Virus record (IMG/VR): IMGVR_UViG_3300034406_000036
Span: 4,668-68,667 of that record
Direction: 5' to 3' (one strand)
Length of the DNA stretch: 64,000 bases
Origin: a virus
A model generated the notes under the pieces. It had not been told where the DNA came from, did no database searches, and worked only from the letters and a program-made list of their open reading frames with translations. Positions 25,421 to 36,634 of this stretch are shown here, piece by piece; position 1 is the first letter of the stretch, and each line of letters begins with the position of its first letter. Made by a program: the position numbers and the translations under genes.

Positions 25421-27154
25421 GTGCTTAAACAAGCAAGATTTGATTTAAACAATTCACCAACGGTTGAATTGGATAGTTTGGAGAGAAAACTTTTAGATTC
25501 TAAATTTGTTGCAATTGATACGGAAACAACAGGTTTAGATTGGATGCGAGAAAAGGTATTTGGTGTTAGTCTTGCTTGCGATGAGAATGGTGTTTTTCTC
25601 CGAACTAATGATTATGATATTGATAAATTATCTGCTTTATTGGCGAACCTATATAGAGATAGTAAGGTTCGAAAGTTCTTTCACAATGCAAAATTTGATT
25701 TGCATCATATAAGAGAAACATTTGGAATTTCTCCAGATAATCCTAGTATAGAAGATACTATGATTATGTGTCGTTTGGTTTATGATGATACGCCAAAGGG
25801 ACAAATGGGATTGAAATCATTGGCCGAACGATATCTAGCGGTTGAACGCGGAAATATGAAAAGCGTATTCAACCAATATATTAAAAAGAACAACCTAGAT
25901 TCTTGGCAAGAAATCCCATCTGAGATTTTTGATGTATATGCAATTAATGATGCTGTAGATACTTATAAATTGGCAAGTTTATGGGATGGGGAAATTGCAG
26001 ATAAACTTGCTGAATTATATCAAATAGAAAAAGAATTGACTTTAGTTCTTCTGGATATGGAGAAAGAAGGAATTCTTGTTAATCAGGATATATTAAAGGA
26101 TTATGGAGAACAGCTTTCTACAAGATTAGAGAAAGGTTTAAAAATGATAGAAAAGAAAGCTGGTCGTGATATTAATCCTCTTTCTGAACCAGATGTAAAA
26201 AAACTTTTCTACGAAGAATTAGGTTTCGAACCACCTAATAAAGTTAAACCACAAGTTGATGATAAAACATTAAAACAATTTAACCATCCACTGGTGCCTC
26301 TGATTCTTCAATATAGAAAATTAGCAAAGTTAAATTCTACTTATGCGACTGGTATTTTGGAGGCTTTAGGCCCTGATGGTAGATTGCATACCACTTATAA
26401 TCAAGCAGGGGCAAGGACAGGAAGATTATCGTCTAGTGAACCAAACCTACAAAACATTGTAGATGATAAAATTATTAGGAGCGCTTTTATTACTGATTCG
26501 TCTTTAACCTTTTTTGATTATGGACAGATTGAATATAGATTATTTGCACATTATGCCGATGACCCAGTAATGATTGAAGCTTTTATTCAAGGGGAAGATT
26601 TTCATAGATGGACTGCTTCAAAAGCATTTAGAGTTCCTCTCGAAGAAGTAACACCTGAATTGAGAAAAAAAGGAAAAAGTCTTAATTTTGGTCTCATTTA
26701 CGGTATGGGCATAAATACATTAGCCCAGACACTAGGGATTACTAAAACTGAAGCAAAGCAATTTTTGAATGATTATTATAATACTTATAAAAGACTTGGG
26801 CCTTACACGGAAGAATTAAAGAAGCAATTAGTTGATATAGGATATATAGAGAGCTTATATGGTAGAAGAAGACATTTACCAGAAGAACATTCATATCAAG
26901 TTTTAAATTCTTTAATTCAGGGAACAGCAGCAGATGTTTTAAAGATAGCAATGAATAAAATCGGGAAGCATTTAAAAGGAACGGATTCAAAATTAATTTT
27001 AACTATTCATGATGAAATTTGTATTGAAAATCTTCCAGAAAGTGAAATTCCAAAAATATTGGAATTAATGACAACTGGATTTGATTATATAAGTGTACCA
27101 CTAATGGTAGATATGCAAAGGGTTACCGATAGTTGGGCAAGCGTGGAGAAGTAA
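25421..27154 (+). CDS. polA: family A DNA polymerase with 3'-5' exonuclease
   Basis: DTETTG, HNAKFD, TGRLSSSEPNLQN, DYGQIEYR, KSLNFGLIYG, IQGTAAD, IHDE. Confidence 0.96.
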   Translation: MLKQARFDLNNSPTVELDSLERKLLDSKFVAIDTETTGLDWMREKVFGVSLACDENGVFLRTNDYDIDKLSALLANLYRDSKVRKFFHNAKFDLHHIRETFGISPDNPSIEDTMIMCRLVYDDTPKGQMGLKSLAERYLAVERGNMKSVFNQYIKKNNLDSWQEIPSEIFDVYAINDAVDTYKLASLWDGEIADKLAELYQIEKELTLVLLDMEKEGILVNQDILKDYGEQLSTRLEKGLKMIEKKAGRDINPLSEPDVKKLFYEELGFEPPNKVKPQVDDKTLKQFNHPLVPLILQYRKLAKLNSTYATGILEALGPDGRLHTTYNQAGARTGRLSSSEPNLQNIVDDKIIRSAFITDSSLTFFDYGQIEYRLFAHYADDPVMIEAFIQGEDFHRWTASKAFRVPLEEVTPELRKKGKSLNFGLIYGMGINTLAQTLGITKTEAKQFLNDYYNTYKRLGPYTEELKKQLVDIGYIESLYGRRRHLPEEHSYQVLNSLIQGTAADVLKIAMNKIGKHLKGTDSKLILTIHDEICIENLPESEIPKILELMTTGFDYISVPLMVDMQRVTDSWASVEK

Positions 27155-27442
27155 ATGACAAAATATGACCATAACCAAATATGTACAACAAATAATGAAA
27201 TTGAAGTAGGCGAAACTTACTGTTATAAAGAAGATTCTTTCATTGCTCAAGTTAAAGTACTTGATGATAATACTAAACCAAATGGAATCGGATTTGAACT
27301 TGAAGTTATTAAGAGTTATCTTAATTTGATGAAGGCAGGGGATATTTTTTCGGTTTGGGCAGCTGATGGAAAATATGGATATAGTGGTATGTGGAGATTG
27401 TATGATAAAGGAACTTATATAGCAGGAGGGGAGGAATATTAA
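27155..27442 (+). CDS. hypothetical protein
   Basis: 95 aa. Confidence 0.55.
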   Translation: MTKYDHNQICTTNNEIEVGETYCYKEDSFIAQVKVLDDNTKPNGIGFELEVIKSYLNLMKAGDIFSVWAADGKYGYSGMWRLYDKGTYIAGGEEY

Positions 27443-27900
27443 TGAGAGACATTAAATTTAGAGTATGGCTAGTTGAAGATAAGAAGATGATTAACTTCTG
27501 TAGAGGAGAAGGACGATATGATTATGCTCTTATTTGGCATGAACCAGTAAAAGTTGATAGACCTGCTTTGTATAGGAATAGCTGCTTAGTACAAGACCAA
27601 GAATACATGGTTATGGAATATACAGGTCTCAAGGATAAAGATGGTAAGGAAATCTATGAAGGTGATATAATACAATACAATTTTCCTCAAGGAGCATATG
27701 CAGAAGTAAAGTTTGGAGCATGGGATAATAACTTAATGTGGGATGAACATGAATTTGGTTATGGATGGTATGTAGAAGGTAATAATCTACGACCTACATA
27801 TTTAGATGACAGACCTCTTTATTATGATAAAAAAGAACTTTCAATTACTGTTATAGGTAATAAATATGAACAACCAAAATTAATGGGGGCTCGATTATGA
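27442..27900 (+). CDS. YopX family protein
   Basis: MRDIKFRVW..YTGLKDKDGKEIYEGDI..VIGN. Confidence 0.9.
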   Translation: MRDIKFRVWLVEDKKMINFCRGEGRYDYALIWHEPVKVDRPALYRNSCLVQDQEYMVMEYTGLKDKDGKEIYEGDIIQYNFPQGAYAEVKFGAWDNNLMWDEHEFGYGWYVEGNNLRPTYLDDRPLYYDKKELSITVIGNKYEQPKLMGARL

Positions 27901-28469
27901 TTTTAGTTTTAACAACGGAGTCAATAGTTTTTGGATTAATTTGCTTAGGATTTTTTTATTGGTGCAATTGTAGGACAGCGTAGTGTTTGGGGGTATTTAA
28001 GAGATATGAAATCAGTTTTTATGGATGGTTGGAAATATACAGCAACGGAGGTAAAAGATGAAGGAATATCAGATTTATAAGAGAGATGGTTCTCATCAAT
28101 ATTCAGAAGGAACAACAGTAAATAATCTAGAAGACCTTGCAAAGTATGTTAAAGGCTTCTTCAAAAAGGGTTCTGTTGGAAACGAATTAATAATTACACT
28201 AGCCAAAGAAACAAAACGTGTGAGGAAATCCAATGTTTCCTCATGATACAGACCCTCTTGGCGGATTTAGTACTTTGCATACTTATAGCAGGCATGCAAA
28301 AATGTAAAGGTTGTGGACACATTTATGAGGTTATGATAAAAGCTGGTTGTTTCGGACAAACTGAATATCCATGGAGTTGCCCAAAGTGCAGTTGCCCAGA
28401 TAGGGAATTTGCATGGACAAGTATACCAATTTTTGAAAGTGATAAAAAGAAAAAGGAGGAGAAGGAATA

Positions 28470-28823
28470 ATGTTGAGAGATGCTTATATTAAAATGGTAA
28501 ATGGAATAAATAAGAGAAGGCTTAATTTAACCATTTCAAAGGGACATGATTATGCAGATGATACTGACCATCTATTGAATTTTAAACAAGTACAACAACT
28601 TTGCAAATTATTAGATATTGACCCGCGAAGAAGTCCTGGTGACGTTGCCAGATTTAATGTTGTTCATAAGATGCAAAGATGGAGTAATTTAATGGCAGGT
28701 GGTAAGAAACCCAAGCACGAATCCATAATGGATACAATAGAAGATTTGCATAATTATGTTGACCTTGCTGTTGGCTGTGACGTGGACGACGGAAGGATTG
28801 ATTACAGAGATGACGAAAACTGA
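28470..28823 (+). CDS. DUF1599-like / nucleotide-modification-associated helical domain protein
   Basis: KGHDYA..NF..K.QR..ESIMDTIEDLHNY. Confidence 0.55.
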   Translation: MLRDAYIKMVNGINKRRLNLTISKGHDYADDTDHLLNFKQVQQLCKLLDIDPRRSPGDVARFNVVHKMQRWSNLMAGGKKPKHESIMDTIEDLHNYVDLAVGCDVDDGRIDYRDDEN

Positions 28824-29850
28824 TGAACTTTTAAAACATTTACGGAAAGAATTAAAACTAGAAGATGATTCCTTGGCTTTAACAAGCGGGGATAATGTAG
28901 ATTTACAGATTGAAAGAATTCCTCTGGGCATTCCGAGTTTGGACGCTATCCTTGGTGGAGGACTGCCTAGAGGAAGAATGATTAATGTTGTTGGTCTTGA
29001 AAGTGTAGGCAAAACGCTGCTTGCTCAAAAAGCGATAGCTGCCGTTCAAAGAGAGGGTGGAAATACTGCATTGGTAGATGTAGAAAAAACTTTTGACCCA
29101 GAATGGGCAACAGTAACTGGAATAAATGTAAAAGATTTAATTATATCTCAACCTGATAGTGGGGAACAAGCACTAGATATTGTTGTTGCTTTGATTAAAG
29201 CTGGAATTGATTTAGTTATTCTAGACAGTGTTGCTACTTTATGTCCGATGGCAGAAGAAGAAGCAGATATGGAAAATGCTGGTGTTGGACTTCAACCAAG
29301 GTTATATAATCGTGGGTTGAGAAAGATAACTGCTGTTAACAAAAAATCTGTTTTCATTGCTATTAATCAATGGAGAATGAAAATTGGTGGTTATGGTGAC
29401 CCACGAACGATGCCTGGAGGGAGAGCTCAATATCATTTAGCTTCAATGAATCTGGTTATAAGCAGACGGGGTTGGAAAGAAGAGAATGTTAAGGTCGGTG
29501 GGAAATCGGTAAAGAAAAAGGTAGGATTTAATATCGAAGTTTATACCGAAAAGAATAAAACATTTACTCCCTACTTAACAGCTGAAATTCCATTTTTATT
29601 TACTGGTGTTATTGATACCATTGCAGGATTAATAACCTTGGCATTGGATTGTAAGATTATAACCCAAAATGGGCCTTATTATACCTATCATTCTGATGGC
29701 AAGGAAGAAGTAAAAATTCTGGGCAGGGAAGGTGTAATTAAATATTTGAATGATAATCCTAGCGAAGTAGAATTTATTAAAAGTAAGATTGAGATGGAGA
29801 GTGATGTTGATGAAACCGATTCCAACGAAAGCCCAGTTGAAAGTAGCTAG
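28810..29850 (+). CDS. recA: RecA recombinase
   Basis: LGGGLPRGR, GLESVGKT, QPDSGEQ, LDSVA, INQWR, PGGRA, KNK. Confidence 0.93.
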   Translation: MTKTDELLKHLRKELKLEDDSLALTSGDNVDLQIERIPLGIPSLDAILGGGLPRGRMINVVGLESVGKTLLAQKAIAAVQREGGNTALVDVEKTFDPEWATVTGINVKDLIISQPDSGEQALDIVVALIKAGIDLVILDSVATLCPMAEEEADMENAGVGLQPRLYNRGLRKITAVNKKSVFIAINQWRMKIGGYGDPRTMPGGRAQYHLASMNLVISRRGWKEENVKVGGKSVKKKVGFNIEVYTEKNKTFTPYLTAEIPFLFTGVIDTIAGLITLALDCKIITQNGPYYTYHSDGKEEVKILGREGVIKYLNDNPSEVEFIKSKIEMESDVDETDSNESPVESS

Positions 29851-30160
29851 TATAATAAATGATTTAGGATTTGAAGTCACTGAAGAAAAAGAATGTTCAC
29901 CCTATTTTGTTGATATCTATATTCCAGAAATTAATTTGGGAGTAGAAGTCGATGGAAAAGGATGGCATATTTCAAAGAAAATGGATAAGAAACGGGATTT
30001 ATATATTTATGAAAATTATGGAATCCCAATTATTAGAGTACAGGTAGGGCAGAAAAAGGAAGAAATAGAAAAGAAGATTATGGAATTTGTAGAAACCAAA
30101 TATAAACATTTAACAGAACAAAATATAGATTCTTATGAAAATCAGCAAAGCAAGTATTAA
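29810..30160 (+). CDS. DUF559/Vsr-like endonuclease
   Basis: YFVDIY..VEVDGKGWH..DKKRD. Confidence 0.75.
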   Translation: MKPIPTKAQLKVASIINDLGFEVTEEKECSPYFVDIYIPEINLGVEVDGKGWHISKKMDKKRDLYIYENYGIPIIRVQVGQKKEEIEKKIMEFVETKYKHLTEQNIDSYENQQSKY

Positions 30161-30180
30161 GAAGACATTATGGATAAGGA

Positions 30181-30918
30181 ATGCAATTAAAGAATAAAAG
30201 GAAACAAAGTTCTCTTGGTAAATTATTATCTAAAATGGTTGAAGGCCACTGGTTAGAAACTGCGGTAGATTATTATTTAGAACACAATCAAGATTTAGTA
30301 GAAAAACCAAAAGATTATTTTAGACCTTCTGGAGCTGCGGCATCGGAAAGGGAGCTCTATCTAGCCCGAGTTGGGTTTACCAGAGCCCAAAAGCGTCCTG
30401 CTCAATTAATGAGAATTTTTAATAATGGTGATGCCGTTCATAACCGTTTATATGATTATTTCGATAGAATGGGAATCTTAATTAGAAAAGAATTTCCAAT
30501 TGAAATCAGAAATGAAGATTTCTGGATGAAAGGGAGGGCGGATGTTGAACTAAGAGCTATTGATGGTAATCCAGAAATATATGATGTAAAGTCTGCGAAT
30601 GAAAGAAATTATGAAATATTTGCTTCGGGGAAATTGGATTTTAGTCATATAGTTCAATGGCATATGTATGCGGTCGCCACTGAAAATCACAGAGGCGGAT
30701 TAATAATAGAGAATAAAAATACCCAAGCTTTGAAAGTAATTTCTATTGATTATGACCAAGCTTTAGTAGATACCATTTTTGATAAGTTTAGAAAAGTGGA
30801 ACAATATGTTCAAGCAAGAACTTTTCCACCAGCCTGTACTAATTGTAGAGGACAAAGATGCGATGTTTTTCATATATGCAGCCAATGGGATGAAAAGTTT
30901 CAGAATGGAGGAGAGTAA
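30181..30918 (+). CDS. Cas4-like PD-(D/E)XK exonuclease
   Basis: FRPSG, GDAVH, GRAD, YDVKS, QWHMY, C-terminal Cys cluster; no CRISPR array in window. Confidence 0.75.
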   Translation: MQLKNKRKQSSLGKLLSKMVEGHWLETAVDYYLEHNQDLVEKPKDYFRPSGAAASERELYLARVGFTRAQKRPAQLMRIFNNGDAVHNRLYDYFDRMGILIRKEFPIEIRNEDFWMKGRADVELRAIDGNPEIYDVKSANERNYEIFASGKLDFSHIVQWHMYAVATENHRGGLIIENKNTQALKVISIDYDQALVDTIFDKFRKVEQYVQARTFPPACTNCRGQRCDVFHICSQWDEKFQNGGE

Positions 30919-31562
30919 TGACAACAGAAAATGAGGTACTTCAATTTAAAGACCCATCAGGTTTGTTTTGGAGAGTAGCATTAGAAGACGATACTGCTTT
31001 ATATGAATATGTTTCAAAGAATATGAAAGATGGTGAAGTCTTAGAAGTTCCTTATGAAATCATTTTTGGGCAACCCAAAGGTGGATGGGATTGGCAAAAG
31101 GCAATTAAGAAGATTCAGAAAGAATTACCATTTCCATTAAATGATGAACCACCAAAAACTGCATTAGAATCATTGCCCGAAGACATTACTCAAATATCCT
31201 TCCAAGATTTAGGTATGTGGATGGGACGGTTAGAGGCTTGGAGAAGTTTTGTTGCTTCGCAATTAACCTATATTGAGATTGAAAGAGATGTTATGGCCGA
31301 TGCCTTTGAAGTTGGTCTTGGTAAGCAAATTTATAAATTAGAAAGAATGAGTGATAAAAAGAAATTAAAGGATGGTTTAATTGGATATATCATTGCCAAT
31401 GATAAAGTGTTGAAAAAGGTAAAAACCCTTTTAATTGAAATCAATGCAAAATGCAATGCTTATAGGAGAGCTGAGCTTCTATATACAAATCAAATAGCGA
31501 CGATGTCAAGAGAAATATCTCGAAGACAGTCTGAAATGCGCGGAACAAAATATGATGCATAG
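30918..31562 (+). CDS. hypothetical coiled-coil protein (possible recombination mediator)
   Basis: 214 aa helical; ends SREISRR; recombination cluster context. Confidence 0.45.
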   Translation: MTTENEVLQFKDPSGLFWRVALEDDTALYEYVSKNMKDGEVLEVPYEIIFGQPKGGWDWQKAIKKIQKELPFPLNDEPPKTALESLPEDITQISFQDLGMWMGRLEAWRSFVASQLTYIEIERDVMADAFEVGLGKQIYKLERMSDKKKLKDGLIGYIIANDKVLKKVKTLLIEINAKCNAYRRAELLYTNQIATMSREISRRQSEMRGTKYDA

Positions 31563-31625
31563 CAGGATACATAATAATGAAATTAAACCTTAAAATTTCA
31601 AGAATTAGCGCGGATAAGGAGAAGT

Positions 31626-31964
31626 ATGGAAGAAGAGTATGGTGTAACTGATTTATGTAGAAGAGCATTAAATCTTTGGGGGCCTCAAGCTCAATGTATG
31701 ATGCTTTTTGAGGAGATGGCCGAATTAACACAAGCTATTAATCATCTCTTAAGAGTGAATTGTGAGGAAAATGAAACGGACTTAATTGGGGAGATTGCTG
31801 ATGTTGAAATAATGCTTGAACAAATTAAATATATGTTTAACATTGATGAAAATGATATAAATGATTTTAAAAAGTATAAGTGGATAAGATTATTGAACAG
31901 GATAAGACGAGATGAAGATTATGCCTATCATGAAAAATTGGCAAATAAGGAGGTAGAGCGGTGA
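31626..31964 (+). CDS. MazG-like NTP pyrophosphohydrolase
   Basis: EEMAEL..GEIADVEIM. Confidence 0.75.
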   Translation: MEEEYGVTDLCRRALNLWGPQAQCMMLFEEMAELTQAINHLLRVNCEENETDLIGEIADVEIMLEQIKYMFNIDENDINDFKKYKWIRLLNRIRRDEDYAYHEKLANKEVER

Positions 31965-32209
31965 CTCAGAAACAACAACAGTATAAGATTTGTGTAGTTC
32001 CTGGTTGTGAACAAAAAGTATATCCTCATACAGATAATCCTGCTGGATTATGTCATAAATGCATGCCGATTGCAAGAATTGTTGTATGGATAATGAATAG
32101 TGTAGAACAAGAAAAGGCAAAGAACAAAAATGTTGAAAAGAAAACGGCATCTGGTTTAATCGTTCCAAAAGGAGTGTCTGTACCAGAAAGCGGATTAAAG
32201 GAGAAATAA

Positions 32210-32881
32210 ATGGATTGGGAAGATTATTGGTTTAATATGTGCAAAACAGTGGCAAGCAATTCAAAATGCTTGTCTCGAAAAATTGGGGCTGTAATTGTCA
32301 AAGACAAGAAGTACTTTGTTTCGGCTGGGTATAATGGGCCTACTTCTGGAAGTGCCCATTGTGATGAATTATTATACAGGGAAAACTTATTTGGATTATA
32401 TACAAAGGATACAGGCAAAGACGTAAATGAAGAAGCTCTTAGAACAATTGATACTTGTCCTAGAAGATTTATGGGATTTCCACCTTTATCAGGAGCAGGT
32501 TATATTTATTGTCAAGCAGCTCATGCCGAAAGAAATGCAGTAGATATGGCAGCTAGATTAGGACACGCAACTGATGGTTGTATGATGTATATGGATTGTG
32601 GAATTCCTTGTTTAGAATGTGCTAAGAGTGTTATAAATGCTGGAGTAAAAGCAATTGTAGTTACGGAAATGAAGAATTATGCAAATTATGGTTTGACTGG
32701 GGAAGATTTGTTTAGAGCTGCAGGAGTTAAGATAAGACCTTATAATACTGAATTTTGTGATAATTGTGACGGAATTGGTTTTATACCAATATTAGATATT
32801 ATGCACGATGGTGCAGTAGCGAAATCAACATGTCCTCTTTGTTTGGGCAAAGGATATATAGATGAAAGTTTTGGGGATTGA
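32210..32881 (+). CDS. dCMP deaminase
   Basis: SKCLSRKIGAVIV, GYNG, HAERNA, PCLEC. Confidence 0.92.
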   Translation: MDWEDYWFNMCKTVASNSKCLSRKIGAVIVKDKKYFVSAGYNGPTSGSAHCDELLYRENLFGLYTKDTGKDVNEEALRTIDTCPRRFMGFPPLSGAGYIYCQAAHAERNAVDMAARLGHATDGCMMYMDCGIPCLECAKSVINAGVKAIVVTEMKNYANYGLTGEDLFRAAGVKIRPYNTEFCDNCDGIGFIPILDIMHDGAVAKSTCPLCLGKGYIDESFGD

Positions 32882-33350
32882 TTCAGATTCAAAACAAATA
32901 ACTGCAGTTCTCATTGAAGGAGAAAATGAGCAATTTATATCCAGTTTTAATATCTTTTCCAAGAATGCGAATTGGGAAGATAGATTTTCTGAATTAGATT
33001 ATGCTTTTAAAAGATTTCTTCAAGATTTACCAGACGTAGATTTGGTATGTGTTGAAGAAGCCATTTATAGAGAGAATCCCAAAACTACAATCAGATTATC
33101 TCATATCGTTGGAATGATACATTCGGTTTGTGTTTCTCGTGGATTTGAATGCAAGACTGTCGCTCCAACAGAGTGGAAGAGCGTTGTTCTAGGAAAAGGT
33201 CTTGGCAAAGCAACGAAAGAACAAGTAAGGGATATTGTATTAATAAAATATCCAGATTTAGATAAAGATAAAGAAACCCATTTCTACGATGCATTATGTA
33301 TCGCAATTTGGGGGATAAGGACATTAGTTGAAAAAGGAAATACTGAATGA
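32862..33350 (+). CDS. ruvC: RuvC-like Holliday junction resolvase
   Basis: VLGID, VEE, PTEWK..GKATKEQV, DALCIA. Confidence 0.88.
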   Translation: MKVLGIDSDSKQITAVLIEGENEQFISSFNIFSKNANWEDRFSELDYAFKRFLQDLPDVDLVCVEEAIYRENPKTTIRLSHIVGMIHSVCVSRGFECKTVAPTEWKSVVLGKGLGKATKEQVRDIVLIKYPDLDKDKETHFYDALCIAIWGIRTLVEKGNTE

Positions 33351-33555
33351 CGAACAATCAAATTCTTGTATTAAATCCAAGAAGAGAAGATTGGGATAGT
33401 TCATGGATTCAAAGTATAGATAATCCTCAATTTAGAGAACAAGTCGAATGGGAGATTTATGCACTAACAAAGTAGATGTTGTTTGTAATTATTTTGGTAT
33501 TGAGCAGGTATCTGGAATACCTGAATTTATAGAAAAGATAAGGGAGGCAAGATGA
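33347..33555 (+). pseudogene. Internally deleted or frameshifted nucleoside 2-deoxyribosyltransferase-like gene
   Basis: LNPRREDWDSSW..NPQFREQVEWE then stop; a second frame gives VDVVCNYFGIEQV, resembling the family C-terminus. Confidence 0.55.
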
Positions 33556-34028
33556 AATTATATTTAGCACATTCTTGGCAATCTCGAAACATGGTTAGGG
33601 AGAAGGAATTTGAACTTGAAAAGAAATTAGGTATTGAATTGATTAACCCTTTCTATGATATTGAGAATCCTGGTCAAGAAGTTCTTGAAGGTGGAACTAC
33701 TGGAAAAGAGTGGATGACTGATATGCCATTTATGGAATTAGTAGAAGGAGACCTGAAAGCTATTCTTTCAGCTGATGGTCTTTTGGCTTTTATGTCCAAA
33801 GAATATCCTATGATTGGAACAGTTTGTGAAACATGGGAAACTGCAAGGCATTTCGTTAGGCCAGTATTTATCGTAACTCCAGATGGATATAAACATCCAT
33901 GGCTAAAATTCCTAGAGGCGACAACTTTAACTAAAATTTATACCAGTTTTGATGAATTTGAAGAAAAGTTTAGTGAAGTAGAAGAACAAGTTAATTGGGC
34001 TAAGGGATTTTCATGGGTAGGAAATTAG
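33552..34028 (+). CDS. nucleoside 2-deoxyribosyltransferase-like protein
   Basis: KLYLAH, INPF, DLKAILSAD, GTVCE. Confidence 0.7.
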   Translation: MKLYLAHSWQSRNMVREKEFELEKKLGIELINPFYDIENPGQEVLEGGTTGKEWMTDMPFMELVEGDLKAILSADGLLAFMSKEYPMIGTVCETWETARHFVRPVFIVTPDGYKHPWLKFLEATTLTKIYTSFDEFEEKFSEVEEQVNWAKGFSWVGN

Positions 34029-34555
34029 AAGAAATTATATTAAGTGTTCCTGACCTCTGGCTTAAAGGAGAATTTAAAGTATCGTCTGGAGAGATTGCGG
34101 ATGAATATTTTGATTTATGGGTTCTTACAACACAGGAAGGATATAATGAAGACCTTGCTCTTAGAATCAGAGATGTGACGGAAGATTGGTATTGTAATTG
34201 TGCTGCTGGTCTTGAATTAGCTTCTTTGCCAATTATGATGGGATTATTGAATATTGGTGAGATTGATTCAGTTTTCTTGGTAAGAAAGCAACAAAAATTA
34301 TGGGGAACCCAAAAGCTAATTGAAGGGCGTCCTTTAGATTCAAACGATAGAGTTTTAGTTGTTGAAGATGTCATTAGTTCTGGAAAAAGTGTCATGAAAG
34401 CAGTTAACGCTGTAAGGGATACTGGGGCTATTGTAAAAGGTGTAGTAACCATAATCGACAGAGAAGAAGGTGGCAGAGAGTTATTAGAAGAGAATGGTGT
34501 AATGATGCGAAGTTTAACAACGATGAGTAGAATCAGGAGGTGTATTGATGGCTGA
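34013..34555 (+). CDS. pyrE: orotate phosphoribosyltransferase-like PRTase
   Basis: GEFKVSSG..YFD, VRK, IEG, VVEDVISSGKS, IDREEG. Confidence 0.8.
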   Translation: MGRKLEEIILSVPDLWLKGEFKVSSGEIADEYFDLWVLTTQEGYNEDLALRIRDVTEDWYCNCAAGLELASLPIMMGLLNIGEIDSVFLVRKQQKLWGTQKLIEGRPLDSNDRVLVVEDVISSGKSVMKAVNAVRDTGAIVKGVVTIIDREEGGRELLEENGVMMRSLTTMSRIRRCIDG

Positions 34556-36152
34556 ATGGACAACAAATGCAGAAACCATTTTATCGGCCAGATATCTCAA
34601 AAAAGATAAAATAGGTAAGGTAATAGAAACTCCCGATGAGATGATTGACAGGGTAGCTCGACATGTCTCTCTTGCGGAAAAATCTAATCCGAAGAAAAAG
34701 AAATGGTATGGTGAGTTTCTTGATATTATGGATTCATTAGAATTTCTACCAAATAGTCCAACTTTAATGAACGCGGGAAAGGAATTGGGTCAGTTATCTG
34801 CTTGCTTTGTTTTGCCGATTGAAGATGATTTAAGTTCTATTTTTGAAACAGTAAAGAAAGTAGCTCTAATTCATAAAACTGGTGGTGGTACTGGAATATC
34901 ATTATCAAAATTAAGGCCCGCAAATTCTATTGTAGATTCAACAAAAGGGGTTGCTAGTGGCCCTATTTCATTTTTGAGGGTATTTGATGTAGCTACTGAT
35001 GTAATTAAACAAGGTGGAGTTCGTAGAGGGGCAAATATGGGGATTCTAAAGGTTGACCACCCTGATATTTTTGACTTTGTTACCTGTAAAGAAGATGGTA
35101 AGAGTTTCCAAAATTTCAATCTTTCAGTTGCTGTTACTGATAAATTTTTAAGAGCTGCGAAGGAAGATAAACAATTTCCTCTTGTTGACCCATTAACTAA
35201 GAATCGACGTTTAATTCCAGCAAAAGATTTATTTGACTTAATTTGTTATGGTGCTTGGAGAACTGGTGAGCCAGGAGTTATTTTTATTGATGAGATTAAT
35301 CGTAAAAACCCAACTCCTTGGTTAGGAAGAATGGAGTGTACAAATCCTTGCGGAGAGCAACCACTTCTATGGTATGAGTCTTGTAATCTAGGTTCAATTA
35401 ATCTGGATAAGTTTATAAAGAATGGTAAAATCGATTATCAAAGACTTGAGGAAGTAGTAAAAATTGCTGTTAGATTTTTAGATAATATTATTGATATTAA
35501 TAAATATCCAAGTATTAGAATCGCAAATAAAACTAAAATGACGAGAAAGATTGGTCTTGGAGTTATGGGCTGGGCGGATGCTTTAATAAAATTAGGAATT
35601 CCGTATGATAGTGAAGAAGCATTAGAATTAGCGAATGAATTAATGACATTTATTAACGAAAAAGCCAAAGAAGCTTCTGTAGAATTGGCAGAGGAAAAAG
35701 GTTCTTATGTCGATAAAGCAAAGATTAGAAATGCAACCAGAACTACTATTGCTCCAACAGGAACATTATCAGTATTGGCTAATTGTTCTTCTGGGATTGA
35801 ACCCGTTTTTTCAAAGGATTTTACAAAAAGGGTTTTGGGGGATATAGATTTAGATTTAGGAAGTAAGTATAAGAAGGTTCCAGATAAGTTAATGAGAACT
35901 GCTTTATTGATAACTCCAGAAGCTCATATTAAGATGCAAGCTACTTTTCAAAAGCATTGTGATAATGCTGTATCAAAAACAATTAATTTGCCCGATGAAG
36001 CTTCAATTGAGGATGTAAAAAGTGCCGTTTGGCTAGCTTGGGATTTAAAGTGTAAGGGATTAACTGTTTATCGTCATGGAACTAGAGAAGGGCCTTTGGA
36101 GATAAGTACTGAAGGTCTTTCAGAATGTGATACTGGAAAATGTGAGATTTAA
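34545..36152 (+). CDS. nrdJ: class II (B12-dependent) ribonucleotide reductase
   Basis: FLPNSPTLMNAG, LSACFV, RRGANM, TNPCGEQ, SCNLGS, IAPTGT, C-terminal Cys pair; no beta subunit nearby. Confidence 0.9.
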   Translation: MMAEWTTNAETILSARYLKKDKIGKVIETPDEMIDRVARHVSLAEKSNPKKKKWYGEFLDIMDSLEFLPNSPTLMNAGKELGQLSACFVLPIEDDLSSIFETVKKVALIHKTGGGTGISLSKLRPANSIVDSTKGVASGPISFLRVFDVATDVIKQGGVRRGANMGILKVDHPDIFDFVTCKEDGKSFQNFNLSVAVTDKFLRAAKEDKQFPLVDPLTKNRRLIPAKDLFDLICYGAWRTGEPGVIFIDEINRKNPTPWLGRMECTNPCGEQPLLWYESCNLGSINLDKFIKNGKIDYQRLEEVVKIAVRFLDNIIDINKYPSIRIANKTKMTRKIGLGVMGWADALIKLGIPYDSEEALELANELMTFINEKAKEASVELAEEKGSYVDKAKIRNATRTTIAPTGTLSVLANCSSGIEPVFSKDFTKRVLGDIDLDLGSKYKKVPDKLMRTALLITPEAHIKMQATFQKHCDNAVSKTINLPDEASIEDVKSAVWLAWDLKCKGLTVYRHGTREGPLEISTEGLSECDTGKCEI

Positions 36153-36464
36153 ATGCCAAACTTCAAATCAGGAACTAGGCTCGAAAAAGAATGCATCGAA
36201 ATTGCTCATATGATTCAAGAAATGGAGCCTTGGTTAAAAGAAATAGATGAACATAGTCGTGGCGCGATGGGTTTACGTTTGCTTGTAGATGAGTTATATA
36301 GAAATGTTAAGATGTGGCATACTTATAGAAAATATAGAAAAGATGGTGGTAAGAAATATAAATTGAAACAATGGTTTGGCAAGGGGGTTTTAAAGGCTAG
36401 TATTACTAATGTCGGACAAATAGATTTAGAATTCGAAAGGAGTCAAGATGAAGGTAAGGGATAA
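36153..36464 (+). CDS. hypothetical protein
   Basis: 103 aa. Confidence 0.55.
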   Translation: MPNFKSGTRLEKECIEIAHMIQEMEPWLKEIDEHSRGAMGLRLLVDELYRNVKMWHTYRKYRKDGGKKYKLKQWFGKGVLKASITNVGQIDLEFERSQDEGKG

Positions 36465-36634
36465 AGTACGTACGAAGAATACAGAAACTTTACCACGTCT
36501 AGCAAAACGTGAAATTAAAGATGGAGATATTGGAGTAATAGAGGAAGTAATTCATTATATTCATCCTTTATATTTAAGGGTAAAATTTGGTGAAAATCTT
36601 GTTTTGATTCCCGCAGAATTAGTGGAGGTTATAG